This document shows positions 1 to 13,461 of a DNA stretch of 64,000 nucleotides, piece after piece. Numbering within the stretch: position 1 is the stretch's first letter; each line of letters opens with the position of its first letter. Source of the DNA: Chrysomallon squamiferum. Its lineage: Eukaryota > Animalia > Mollusca. The position numbers and the translations under genes are program-made. The stretch lies in NCBI GenBank assembly GCA_012295275.1, contig CM022670.1, positions 8,246,001 to 8,310,000 on the forward strand. Reading direction: 5' to 3'. A model generated the notes under the pieces. The model saw nothing but the letters and a program-made list of their open reading frames with translations, was not told the DNA's origin and ran no database searches.

Positions 1-1170
1 ATCCCTGATGGTGAAAAGTATGGCGTGTCTGTCTCAAGCTCTGGTGAAATATTTGCCGAGAAGTCGTTTGACAGAGAAGAGAGTTCACAAATTAGGTTTG
101 TAGTCGTAGCTTCTGACGGAGGGAAACGGCCAAACAGTGCAAGTGTTACGGTGATAATAAACCTAGAGGACGTGAACGACTTCGTGCCCACATTTTCTCA
201 GCAAAGATTTATTTTTTCTTTAGAAGAAGATCGTCCAGCCGGTGCTAGTCTTGGAAAGATTTTCCCTCTGGATTTGGACGATGGTGTTAACGGCGAATTA
301 GTTCTGAACATAGAACTGCCTTTCTACGAGTTTGACAATTTTCCGTTTGTAATCACGTCTGAGGGTGACTTGTTGACTAACAGCCTCCTGGACAGAGAGG
401 CGAGGAGTCAGTACGTGTTTTCTGTGATAGCTACAGACAGAGGAGACCCTCCTCTCTCCAGCAGCACAGAAATTGTTGTGAATATCATAGACATTAACGA
501 CAACACACCAGTGATAGTTTCACCCAACAGCGAAAACTCGTCAGTCGTTATCCCCGACCACACAGAGCCAGGAACAGCGATATATTCTGTCATTGCAGTG
601 GACAACGATACAGAATCTAACGGACATTTGCAGTACTACCTCACCCCGGAATCTGACCACGAACTCTTCCATCTGGACAAGGAATCAGGCGTCGTGTATT
701 TAAAACGTCATTTAGAACCGGCTGATGGCGGAGTGTATCCTCTGTCCATCATGGTCAAAGACCAGGGAGTTCCGTTCAGGTTTGCCAATGCTTCTCTAGA
801 GATCACCATTGTAGCTGATAACGAGACTTTTCTTTCAGTTCGTCAGAAAGAAAACACGACCATTGCCATAGTGATGGGCTGCATCACTGGCCTGATAGCA
901 ATTTGTGTTGTAATAACGATCATCTTCATGAGGAACTCTGACAGAGCGTGGAGACTGAAGAGAAACTCCGGTAATTCTCAGGACAACAGCAACAGCGTTG
1001 ACGGCGATAATAAACTCGACAGCGTCGTTGTTCAAGACGCACAGGCAGCCAAGAGCAACGTCAGCAACGATGCCAAGAAGGACCTCAGTCAGTTGTCTCA
1101 AGGGTGGCACTTTCTACCGGGCGTGGCGGTTGATCTGTCCACTGCAGCGACTCGAACAGCCCAGACGAGT
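1..1170 (+). CDS. Protocadherin A, large exon (5'-truncated): last ~2.5 cadherin repeats, TM helix, juxtamembrane region
   Basis: Frame is open from base 1 (IPDGEKYGV...). Cadherin motifs: FDRE, ASDGG, DVNDFVP, DLDDG, LDRE, ATDRG, DINDNTP, VKDQG. Hydrophobic TM IAIVMGCITGLIAICVVITIIFM. Donor AGT|GTATGT at 1170/1171, phase 0. Confidence 0.95.
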
Positions 1171-1296
1171 GTATGTAATGTTAATAATTTCAGTTATTAA
1201 ACTAGTATCAATTAACTTTTATTTTAGAATACGTCTTTAATTAATGTCATTAAAAAGTACTCTGTTTTTTTTTTCTTGTCTCCTTTATTTATCTAT

Positions 1297-1331
<35 letters not shown>

Positions 1332-2394
1332 TTATTTTTAGACACGACTTTTTAAGGTTTGCATGGTAAATATTATCGGGATTAACTACTTGTAAATTAG
1401 TATTATTAAAAACAGACTTTGGCTAGAGTAAATGAACGGCAGTGGTTATAATATTAAACTATTTTAATAATTTATCAGTAAGTTTCAAAAATGAGCAAAA
1501 TATGTTGATAATGTTTTTAATACACATTTAGTAAGGCAAAAACAATATTAATAGAAACGTATTTCATTGGGCAAATTTGTTTATACTTTTCACAATATTT
1601 TGTTAAGTAAGGTATAAATTTATATTCTCTTCTACACAACCTTTTCTTGTGTGCTTTATTTTATTATTATTATTATTTTTTTTTTTTTGTTATATCTTGT
1701 TTTCCCCATATATATATAGAGAGAGAAAATTTTATACAAAATTCTAAGACTGAAATTCATTTTATTCAACTTCTTCACAGAGAGATTAACTAATTTCAAA
1801 CATCTGATACTGGATCTCAGATATTTGTTTTCGTTTAGAACATATCCTTCAGACGAAGGAATATTTTATAAGCAATATTTGTTTATAGCGAGAGAAACAA
1901 ATACCACGGCTTCTGAGTTACTGTCCGGAACGGGAAATAACCCAAAGGGCGCACAATGACTGCAACAATAATCTAGCAATAATGATTTAATGATTTCACA
2001 GAGTTCAACTGTCCGAGTTCTAATCGCTTTAACAATGATATAATATGCAACGATCGCTGATTTCTCCTCGAATCATAAATAGCGAAAATTACGACTGCAG
2101 TTACACCGCTCGACTGGTACTCAACCAACGTGTTACGAAATTACCGCGAATAGGAAAATATGGCGTACACTTGACGAAGTGCTCAGTTAAGCTTTCGGGT
2201 AGAGACAATGAGCAGGTGTCAACGTATCAATAATGTTGACACGGTCAGACGACTTGACCTGTCAATATTGCTTCTTTACCTACATCACGTGACGGGAGAC
2301 GTAATCAGAAGTGTAATCTATTTTGTTGTAGTGTTATTAACACCTCGCTGGCGAGAACAGCTGCGATTACTGGTTCACCTGTTAATTCTGAAAG

Positions 2395-2396
<2 letters not shown>

Positions 2397-2455
<59 letters not shown>

Positions 2456-2490
2456 TGATGATAATAATAATAACAATAACAACAACAACA
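2397..2490. repeat. (AAT)n/(AAC)n microsatellite
   Basis: Direct inspection. Confidence 0.95.
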
Positions 2491-3846
2491 GTGACAACAA
2501 CATTGTATAATATATATTTTTCCTAAGTATGTCAAAAACACCCGATAATTTCTATTTTATCAATTGTACCGAAATAAGCCGAACATACATGAATATGTCC
2601 GGAATATACCCAAAACATTCAAAAATTGACAGTCTCCCTGATTATATTTACTGAAATATACCGAGTAATTCCGACATATACCGAACATATTCGAATACCG
2701 AAATAAAAGAGAGTATTCAGCAATGGAAAATTAGACTGATAGATTATAACCTTTTAAAGTAGTAGTACTGATGCATATGATACATATTTAACTTCATATA
2801 TTACATGTATCTGAAATATGTCGAACATTCACAATAATATTCTGGTTTTTTTTATTTTATTATTTATTTATTTGTTGTTGTTGTTTGTTTTGTTTTGTTG
2901 TTGTTGTTTTTGTTTGTTTTTTGTTTGTTTGTTTTTTTGTGTTTTTTTTATCAGTATTCTGAAAGGTTTCGAAAATACCCGATCATTTCCGATTTCATTT
3001 GTCTTTGTAAATCTGGACTGTGATTTATCACAAAAGACGTCGAACATACCCGAATATATCCGATCTCATTTTCAATACTATTCGTAGCCTGGACGATAAT
3101 TTACGAGGAGATCCGACCCTGGCAGCAGGTAACCGACGCAGAAATGTTGATCTCTTGTCATCCATTCTCTCAATCAAAACTGAACTCAGCCAATAAACAC
3201 GAATGCGTGGATTAGTTCACATTGGTGTGTGATGTTATTCACGTGAATTAGACGTCATTATCTTTACCATCAGATATCACATTTGTCAAACGAATGTTTA
3301 GTTTTCCGAATGACGGTTGTCAGTTTGATTGTCTCGAGTCACGCTAATTGATCATTTACAGTAACGAGACAAGGAAATAATCATTTTAGAGTCGATCGTG
3401 TTTTGTTCTGTACAAGTGTTACCCTGCAGTAATTAAAATTATATCCAAGTATCAGAATTTTATTATATTTTGGTATTAGCGACGGATGAGCGGACAGCAA
3501 ATTCTGTCCTATAACTGGATTAGTAATCATTAATATTTAAAATTTAAAAGAAACCTTTCAGTCGTGCTGTGCTTTGGAACAAACATCTGTGTGTATGTTT
3601 GTTTATCTGTCTTTCTCTGTAGATATTTGTTAGTGTGTGCATATATATATGTAAGTAAGTATGTATATAGGTGCCTGACTGTGTTAAGAGAGGAAAAGTG
3701 AGAGAAAGAAAAACACGGACAGAGAGGGAGGAGTTTTTGTGAATACCATTTCTTTGTAAATTTTTCCAAGTAATTAAAATAATTTAAAACTGTAAAAATA
3801 ATTTTCTCTTTTCATTAATTATTTTTTTTATTTTTTAATTAAACAG

Positions 3847-3955
3847 ATGCGCAAACGATCAGCCGATAGTTACTCTTCCGGTGCAAGCGGAAATGACAGT
3901 GGCAAGGGCGGAAGTGATGACGAAACATGCAATGAAGACACATCATCAGTTACAG
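3847..3955 (+). CDS. Protocadherin A, cytoplasmic exon with CM1-like motif
   Basis: Acceptor AAACAG| and donor ACAG|GTTCGT; 109 nt, phase 0 to 1. Translates MRKRSADSYSSGASGNDSGKGGSDDETCNEDTSSVT, homologous to the DSGRGGSDED and DSGRGFSEED exons of PcdhB and PcdhC. Confidence 0.85.
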
Positions 3956-4270
3956 GTTCGTTTCATTTGTCATGATGACGTTAATTGAAATGGTTAATTT
4001 ACTGATGTATAGATATAATTTTATGACTGCTAACATTCTTAGTCTCATGGAATAGAACCTACCAGACTGATTTTCGCTTATGGAACCATATTGAGAACGA
4101 CATAGATAAACAAACAGAGAGAATTTTGAGAATTAGAAGAGATACTGACAGCTTATCAATATTACTTGTAAATTATTGTTAAATAATCCCATAATAGAGA
4201 TGAAAGAAACTAAGATGCAGGTTATCACAAAACTGATCACAAGAGTTATCCACGGCGTTTTATCTTGCAG

Positions 4271-4683
4271 AAAACAATTTACAATGCGCGGAAAACGCGA
4301 GAGAAAACCAGCTGTCTAGGAGCAAATTAGAACAAGCAGCAAACAACCAGTTTAGCGACTACGTTCATCTTGACATCACAGCCAAACTTGCTGACGTCAC
4401 AACTCTTTCTAATTACAGTTACAACTGCCCCGGATGGAAGGAACCGGAAGTGACGTCGGAGCAATGCGGAACTCAACGACGTACGAAACACGTGTCATTC
4501 AGACTCGAACCGAAGCCGGATGGAAATACGGAACAAACAGAACAAATAACACAAAACAGTTGCCATGACAACAGTAAAAACGCGCAGGCGCAAAGTCAGA
4601 AAATACATACCTCAGGTTTAAAGGTCGGAGACGCCATTTTGTTTGACCTCAGTCTTCAAAAGTTAAATGATGTAATCGTCTAG
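4271..4683 (+). CDS. Protocadherin A, terminal coding exon
   Basis: Acceptor TTTTATCTTGCAG|. Phase-1 continuation is open into ORF 4450-4683, contains KHVSF and ends ...LNDVIV*, like PcdhB (MNDILV*) and PcdhC (LQDVYV*). Confidence 0.85.
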
Positions 4684-6220
4684 GAAATTATTATTATTGT
4701 ATACATATTATAAGTGATATATTTCTTTTAAATACTGTTAATATGGTGACTAATTATGTACTTGTATTTTAAATGGATGTAAATACTCTTATATATTGTG
4801 TTCACATGAAACTGTGGTGAAATAGTTTACTCTAGACACAAAATATAATTTTTGTGTCCCTCAGCTTTGTTGGAAACTGAAAACTGTTCTTGTTCTGTTG
4901 TTTCTCCCTGTTCTTCTTATTCTTGTTCTCCTTGCTAGTTTTGTTCTTATTGTTCTTGTTATCACTATTTTTTTTGTTCTCCTTGTCTCTCTTTGTTCCT
5001 CTTTTTTGTTATTATATATATATATATATATTTCGAATGAAAACGAAGAAGGAAGGGACATAAAGAATTTAAAAGAAACCCTCCAAAATGTTCATAAAAG
5101 AAACATCCAGAGGAAATATAAAAATAAAATCAGTTATAAATATATATAAATGTAAGAAAAAGTGAAAGAAAATAAGACATTTTTCTTATTTTTATATATA
5201 TGGGATGATGAAAATGTAAAGCTGAAGGATGATAGCAGTCAAGATGTAAGAAAAAAATGAAGAAAATAATAAAATTAAATAAAAACGATACGGAATAAAA
5301 ACCGGTTTCTCCACAAACTAGGAAAAAGAAATTTTGATTCCCAGTGTAATAAAATTATGTAAAATAAGATGCCCTGCCCTAAATGTATTAATAAACGTGT
5401 CAGATATCGAAACGTACACTCTGTGTGTTTGTTCAAGCACGTTATCGAATTTGTTTGTATGTCATCACTCGTACACGTTAACATTTCGTCTTTTATCACT
5501 TTCTGTTTATCTGTTGGGGGTTTTCTTTCAGGAGAGAGAGAGAGAAAAAAAAAAAAAGGTTTTTGATATCATAAACTTTAAAATGAATAAAAACATCGAG
5601 AAAAGACAGATTGAAATAAGATGTTTGGTAATGTTTAAGTGCATGTGCTGTTTTGTGAACGCAATTAAATATAAGGACGCTTTACACTCGTGCATGTTTA
5701 CGAAACCAGATTAGCAGAGATTAAACTTGTCAATTATAAATGCATACACAAAGACTTATACATACCAGGACTCTGTTTTTTAAGAAACACATACTGTTAA
5801 AAGCTTGTTTAGGACAACCAGACACTTATTCAGCCAATTAAAACACCCCAAAAATTCAGACATATTCACATTTTAATAACACACATATAGATTATGACAT
5901 ATAAAGTTATACATACAAACATAGACATATACATATATTTACATTCTTTAACATATGTTGACAAACACGCAATCATACATACGCACGTGCACACTCACAC
6001 TATATCTTACTGGAGCATACATTCAAATGCGCTTACACACTAATATGCAGTATTTTAATAAATATATGTCGTAAACATGCCTGTATAGTGTGCTTATATT
6101 TTTCTATGTATGTATATTGAGAAATACTGTCAGTATTAATTGTTTTAAAAAAAGAAAATTTTCTCTATGTAAATACAACTATACATTATGATGTATCAAC
6201 AGAAATGTTTTATGGCTTGT

Positions 6221-6226
6221 AATAAA
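6221..6226 (+). terminator. Candidate polyadenylation signal of PcdhA
   Basis: AATAAA followed by a T/GT-rich tract. It is only one of several AATAAA copies in an AT-rich 3' region. Confidence 0.3.
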
Positions 6227-6326
6227 CAAATCACCGTCTTATTTATATTTGTCCTTCTTTTGTTACAAGAAACAGATCGCTATAAGAAGGAGAAATTAAT
6301 TTAAAACGAGAAACTTAAACTATCCT

Positions 6327-6340
6327 CCAACAGATGGCCT
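6327..6340 (+). promoter_or_regulatory. CTCF-like motif
   Basis: CCAACAGATGGCCT versus the consensus CCASYAGRKGGCRS. Confidence 0.3.
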
Positions 6341-7344
6341 GATTTATAGACGTGCTGAAGAAAACGCATGTAACATTTAACTTGTTTATTTTAACCACTT
6401 AACAGGACATAACAAAATGTGCCATGTGCCGCAAAATAACCATTCTCCCGGACCGCATATTGCAGTTGAATTTAACGTCCCAGTTGCACACAAAAGTCTA
6501 TTAATTTAAATCTCGCAGACATTTTCACTTTGATTCTAGAGAAGATAAAAGAAGCCCTTCCAGACACTGACACTAACAAGTACTAGGAGAAAGAGATTAA
6601 TTTATACAACACTTTAAACAAATTATAAATGTTTTTGTATCATACACCAGATGCGTTCCATTCCTCACTCTGTTTTGGCTTTGTACGGCAGGCCGTTAGG
6701 GTCACAGTTCGGTTATTTTTAGATACGCATTAGAGTCTTACTGAACCTGTTAAAATGAATTTAAATTTGGTATACGTTTTAAGTTTCAACTTAATTGTTA
6801 TTTTCAGCGTCATTTATTTTGACTGGCTTATTGTCTGAATAAAAGCTTTTTAGACAAATTTGTTATACTGATATTTATTTTCTAAATACATTACTCGTCT
6901 GTATTAGTTCTGGAAGATTATATTATATTGACTGGGTTTTAAAACGTTTATGATATATAAATGAAATAAATTAAAGTTATATACCCGTATTTTAACTGTG
7001 TGGTCACGATATCGTTTTATGTATTTATAAGTATTCACAAACAAATCGCCCAACAACGTTCCACATATTTGTTCATAATTACATACATTACAGAACAAAA
7101 TATCACCAGCAAATAAACAAAAACACTGATCAAATTACACAATTACATTTAAATAATTAAATATGCACATCAAACTAATTAAAAGAGCAGACGAAATTAA
7201 AACGTTTTAGCATGCATACACAAACAAGTATAACTGTTCTTAAGTTTAATAGAAAAAATCTTTCTTCTTTTACAAAAAAAAAAAAAAAACAAATGAAATA
7301 TGACACAAAAGGTCCACCATATTTTTGTCAGGAATCAACACTTC

Positions 7345-7374
7345 CAGCTCCCGACTGTCTTCGGGGAGCTGATA
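7345..7374 (+). mobile_element. GC-rich stem-loop resembling the 3' end of a Helitron/Helentron-derived non-autonomous element
   Basis: CAGCTCCCGA-CTGTCT-TCGGGGAGCTG followed by ATAA. No other element features recognised. Confidence 0.25.
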
Positions 7375-7548
7375 ACGTAAACAGTAGCAGGGTATCGAGA
7401 CTTCTGAAATAAACACAAGCGCCCACTTAGATGACCCAGGCCAACAGGAAGTAGAAACTTACTGCGTTGACAGACGTAGTGAATGCGATTGCGTGAGTTT
7501 TTGAAGTTATTCGAGTAGAGCGTGAAATACGAAAATTGTTGCCATTGT

Positions 7549-7660
<112 letters not shown>

Positions 7661-8189
7661 TTCCTCCCCATCTCATTATCTCTCTCGTTCTTTCTCTCTG
7701 ACTGATTGTCTCTCCGTATGTCTGTCTGTCTGTCTGTCTCTCTCCATCTTTCTAATAAACACGGTTTCCTCTCTATAAAAATATATATGTTTTAATCCAT
7801 AGCCAATGCAGCGGTGTTTTCATCTCAAAACATCTTTACATAAAAGACACTCAGCTGACACCAAATAACTTGAATATTAAAATAGAAGCAGTCTCATCTA
7901 ACACATTTTCCTCCAGTGTGAGTCAGAGACGTGCTAACACGATTCTTAAAATACAGGTCCCCTTTTATCCGAGTGTCAAGGAAACCAGCGAGCTGTTAGA
8001 TTTGTTATCTGCTGTGCCACTTTCTGATTTATGGAACATTTTCGCTTCTGACATAACTGATGGTGTTTTCGTTTCGACGATACCCACCACATTCTCGTCA
8101 GAATTGATGAACAGATGGGATGATGAAAAGATGGGATGATGAAGGATGATAGCAGTCAAGATGTAATAACTGATGAGAATTGTGTATAT

Positions 8190-8645
8190 TAATGATAATG
8201 GTAATGATGATAATGTTGATGATGCTACTACTACTACTACTACTAATACTGCTACTAGTACTGCTACTGCTACTACTACTATTACTACTACTACCACCAA
8301 TACTACTATTACTACTAGTATTACTACTACTACTACTACTACCACTACTACTACCACTACCACTGCTACTACTGCTACTGCTGCTGCTACAATTACTACT
8401 ACTGTTACTTCTACTAATAATAATATTAATAACACGAATAATTTAAATCAGGACAATGATATCACGGGGGAAAAAGCAAGAGAAAAAAAAAATAATAAAA
8501 AAAAAAAAATCATTAAATAAAATAACAAAAACAACCCTCCCAACAAAAAACAACAAACAATAACAAAACCCCCAAAACAACAAAACTAAACTAAACTAAA
8601 CTAAACTAAACTAAACTAAACTAAACTAAACTAACTAACTAACTA
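8190..8645. repeat. (ACT/GCT)n and (AAACT)n simple repeats
   Basis: Direct inspection. These explain the poly-T/V/L ORFs in the track. Confidence 0.9.
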
Positions 8646-11600
8646 AAACTGACTAAAATGATAAAAAATAAAACTAATAACATAAATAAATAAATAAAAA
8701 ACAAAATGATCTAAGAAGTAAAGAGAAAAAGTTTAACAAAAATATTTAGATAAATACTTTAGTAAAAAGAATATGAAAACAAAGTGGATTTTTTTGTTTA
8801 TGTTATATCTCTCAAACTCTGATAAATTTCTTTCATCATTTTTCTTCTTCTAAAGGCAAAATCTTTATCTCCAAAACATTTTAGCAAATAAATAAACAAA
8901 TAAAATCTTTTTAAAAAAATATATATCTTTTAACAGAAAACATGCAATATCTGCTTCATAAAAGCGCTTTTCTTTTTTTTTTTTTTTTTTTCAAAATTAT
9001 AAAAAATATATATTTCTAAATTCTAAGTGACGCTGTGTCAGAACTTTTCTGAAGGTACAAAAAAAAAAAAAAAAAAAAAAATTAAGCATACTAAAAGAAT
9101 CTATCCTGCTACTCTTGTGTTTTAAACATCAATCATTTTCTAAGTTTTGAGAACCCAATCCCAGATAGGGTTTATTTTATCGAGTGTCTTGATGTATCCC
9201 AGACGACTCGACTGATAAATACCGTATTTCCCATAATGAGCCCGCTGCGTTTGATAAGCTGCACGCTGGGGTGGGATGAGAGTTAAGTTACAAGCAGTTC
9301 TACACAGTGACAGAACACAACTGGCAAGTCTCTTGTTAAAAAAAATAAAAATAAAAATAAAAATAAAAAAAAAAAAGATTTAAGCAATGAAATATGTTTT
9401 ACATACGTGTCTTACAGATTGTAATAAATTATCAGTATGGCTGGTTATGTAAAAAAAAAAAATTAATAAAATAAAAATAAATAAATAAATAATAATAAAT
9501 AAAATAGAATAATAAATAAAATGAATAAATAAATAAATAAATTAAATAAATAAATTAAAAACAAATAATAAAACATAAACTTAAAACTACTATAAATAAA
9601 TAAACTAATAAATAAATTTTAAATACTTTAAAAAAAATAAAAAATAATTTAGATTGTAAAGTTTTACATTTAACAGACAAAGAACATAAATTTACGTTAT
9701 CAGAATGAGTTTTTCTCTCGTTAAGTTTTGACGATAAAACATTATGTCTCTGTACTTCGTTATTTTGTTGTTAATAGTATCATCGACATCAATTTTATTA
9801 CTTTTGTTGGTGTATCTTCTCATTAGTTAATAATAATGTTTATTCCCTATGTCTGTAATTTCCAAATTAATGTGAGAACATTTTTTCTTATTTCAAGATT
9901 CTGCTGCAAAAATAATCACACACGCGCGCACACATCCAAACACAACAACATACACTCAACAATATTAATTTTAGAGGCTGTATAACAATCACAGACACAA
10001 GCACGCACGAATGTACGCACGCAAACGCACGAGCCATTAACGCACAAATATATAAATATCTAATGAATTATAATAAACCAATTAATGAAACTAATTCTAA
10101 AAAATTAAAATAAATACATAAGTATATTTAAAGAAACGGACAAGTTTTCTGGGAACAAATGAATATTTTCTGGATTAATTTGAAAACTTTTTCCATTTCT
10201 AAAATAAATATAACAAACATTCTTGGTTTAGGTTTGTTACAGACCATTAACCTCTGGGTCGCTGGTCAAAAAATAAATATAATTATTACAGTCTCTCCGT
10301 TTATCATCATCAAATTCCGTTAATTTCGTCATCACTTTTTGTGCTTTTCTCCATCAACTCTTAACCTGCCACACGTATGACGTAATAAGCCTCGTTCTGA
10401 ATGAAAGCTTCATTTATTTTTCTTCTCGGCGGGTCTTCAGCTGGGTTCTTGAAGCAGAAGAGCAAATTATGTTTTGTTTGCGATTTCACACCGTGGGATC
10501 TCTATGAAAACGAGGCTCCACGGACAATTAGAGCTTGGGTTCTCGTTATCTCCCGAAAGAGAGGCTTGAAATTGTAAGAAAACACAAAATGGTGGAAATT
10601 GCGAAACGAGTGCGGCACAACAATGGTGCCTTTTAAAAGCGAGTTTAGGAATTGTTAAGTGCTGTGTGTGAATTGTTTAGTTCACTGTGTGAATGAGTAA
10701 TTCGCGATCCTCCCAGTATTTTTTTTTAACAGATTAGTGTGAAACAAGCGAACCCCTGCCGCAGTGAAAGAGTAAACAAATCTACTTTAAAATACGCTGA
10801 CTAGACACTTTCACATATAAATGGTTGTTTAGATCATGCCAATAAATTTTCTGGAATAGATAATCGGAAATTGGTAGCGTTTACGAAATGTAACGTCATA
10901 CCCCAAGGCGCTATAGACAGATGAAGCAATTTAATGTAACACGTTTACAGAAAAGCGTGCGTGATTCTTAAAATATTTATATTAGATATCATCGTGATGA
11001 TCATCATAATCTTAATTTGAACAGATGCTGCTAAGACAACAATAGCAGTAGTTAAAACAAAAAGTTATATCAAGTATTTAAATTCGATTTCTTGTCTGCT
11101 AATCGATAAAAGTATTTTATGAAGCACCGACATGAGGTTTTGTCTCTGTCATCATTATTGTGAAGAAACAAACCCTATAATGTGTGTCTGTGCGTGCGTG
11201 TGTGTGTGTGTGTGTATCAATCTAAAAAACCGTTAATATTAAAATGTACTGACTGTTAACCTGTGCCCAACCAAGACAATCCAAATACAAACCTTTAAAA
11301 TATATATATATATATGATAAATATCAACACACAAACGACATGAGTTACCTGAACTAACCCTAACAACGTCCGTTACGCTTGTCATTTCAAACAGCTCAGT
11401 TGGATGTTCTTTTTTTTTTCAACGATTATCGATTAATTTTACCTGACATTGCACCACGTGACCCAGAATCAAATCGCAAAAAAAAAAAAAACGTTCACGG
11501 GTTTTAATGCATGCAACAGCCTGAAGTTCCGCTCCACTTAAACTTTTCCATTGTCCGCGGAAATATTACTGTCAAAATATAAATGGGGCATATACAGTGT

Positions 11601-13428
11601 ATTTACGTTTGGACAAAAAAAAGTGGCCATCAAAACGTATAATAATGACAGGCGAGATAGCATCAACATCGCGATAGGTTTGGCGCCGTTCTGTTGTGAG
11701 TACAGTTGTTAGCCACAAATACCAATCACAATATTGTTAACTGTTTACGAGATTTCGTGTCTTGCTGAATGACTTGATGCTATGTGGAATATCTGGACGG
11801 ACACACATTGTCTGAGTTCAGACAGGTGGAAAGACGTACGGAGATTTTGGAAGGACTAACTGTATGACGACATGCTGTGATGATTTTTTTTTTTTTTTCG
11901 GGAGGGGTGTGGTTTGGGTTGGGATGGGATTTATCTGATAACTTTGTGTTCTTGGGAGATAGTTTTTTTTTTTTTATTATTTAAAATTTCTGTTATACGC
12001 ATTTGGCAAAATATTTGTTTTGCTCTTGTTGTTGTAATTCTTTTTCTTTATAAATTTATATTTTATTTTATATTTAAATTTATTTAATTTTATTTTTATT
12101 TTAATAATTTAAAATTTTTGTTTTGCTTTTAAATATAATTTTCACGGTTTTATTAATAATAAGAAGAAGAAGAAGAAGAAGAAGAAGAAAAAACAAGAAA
12201 GTAAGAAGAAGAAGAAAAGACGAAGACGAAGAAGAAGAAGAAAAACAATAACAAACAACAAAAAAACCCTTCATATTTTTTTTTTTTTATATTACTATTT
12301 TTATTTTCCAGAAAAAAAGAAAAAAAAACAACAACGAAAAACTGAACGAAAAAAAGAGTAAAAATCGAATTAACTGGTTTTATATAATTTTTAAATAAAT
12401 TTTATGTACATGTTCATTGTGTGTGTTTCATTCTGACTGTTCGTGCGTGTGTTTATACATGTCTGTGATATTGTCTAGTAATACTTATCTGTTGTTAAGA
12501 ATTCTACATTGACTTCGACTCTTTAAACGATTAACTTAGAAATAACTCCACTGACAAATACGTAAACTTTGTAAGATACGGCAGTCGAAATACGATAATA
12601 CGTATACGAAACAGACACAGTTCATTTTGCTTTTAGTCAAACATTTCAAACACGAGTATCACATTTCATCAGAACTTGTCAAATAGCAGCACGACTCCGA
12701 GAAACACGACATTGTTGTTTTGATTGGGCCACGTCACCTGAAATCTACACAGAGAAATGTACACAATGGCGTCCCGTGGATTCTATTTCCTCTTGAAATG
12801 TGATCGACACAGTGAAAATGATTGAGATAAATGAAAACGCAATAACGCGCCACTTCCACAGAATCTATTTCATCTCGGGTCGCGCGCCTTATCACAGGCT
12901 TAATCAGTTACTGTGTCGAGTTCAGTTAGAACGGGAACAAAGAAAAAATGACGGTGAAAGAATTGCATTGTTTCAGTTTCTAAATGAACATCTTTGAAAT
13001 GTGTTATCATGTCGGTACATGTTGACATATCAATATAATCTAATAAAATGATGTCAGTGAATATAGTTCCTCGTTTGAATTTTTTTTTTTTGAAAAACAC
13101 ATACGAGAAATTGTGCCAGTAATGTAAGTTTTATTTTTGTATGATAGAATCACATAATGTAAGGATTGTTGTTTGAATGAATGTAGGCAGTTGTTATTTT
13201 TATTAATAAAAAAAAATAATATACAGTAGTCGCTTTGTTTTAGTAGCACAAGGAGAGAAAAATGGAATTTATTTATTTTAGAAAGTTCTAGTTTTTGTTT
13301 TGCTGATCTGCAAAATGTATAGCGTTTTCATACCAGTGATAGTTCATTACTGCCATATTTCTGTTAAAAAACATTTACACTTTAATTTTTATTTCACTGT
13401 TATAGTCCATTTCAATAAATTTCTGTTG

Positions 13429-13461
<33 letters not shown>

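Noticed and set aside
2208-2510. ORF as a possible middle exon of PcdhA
   Set aside because: The best acceptor gives the wrong phase and the frame runs into an (AAT)n repeat.
7870-8520. ORFs on both strands (poly-T, poly-V, poly-L; mucin-like or TM-like)
   Set aside because: Mostly (ACT)n simple repeat. The unique part lacks convincing splice sites or homology.
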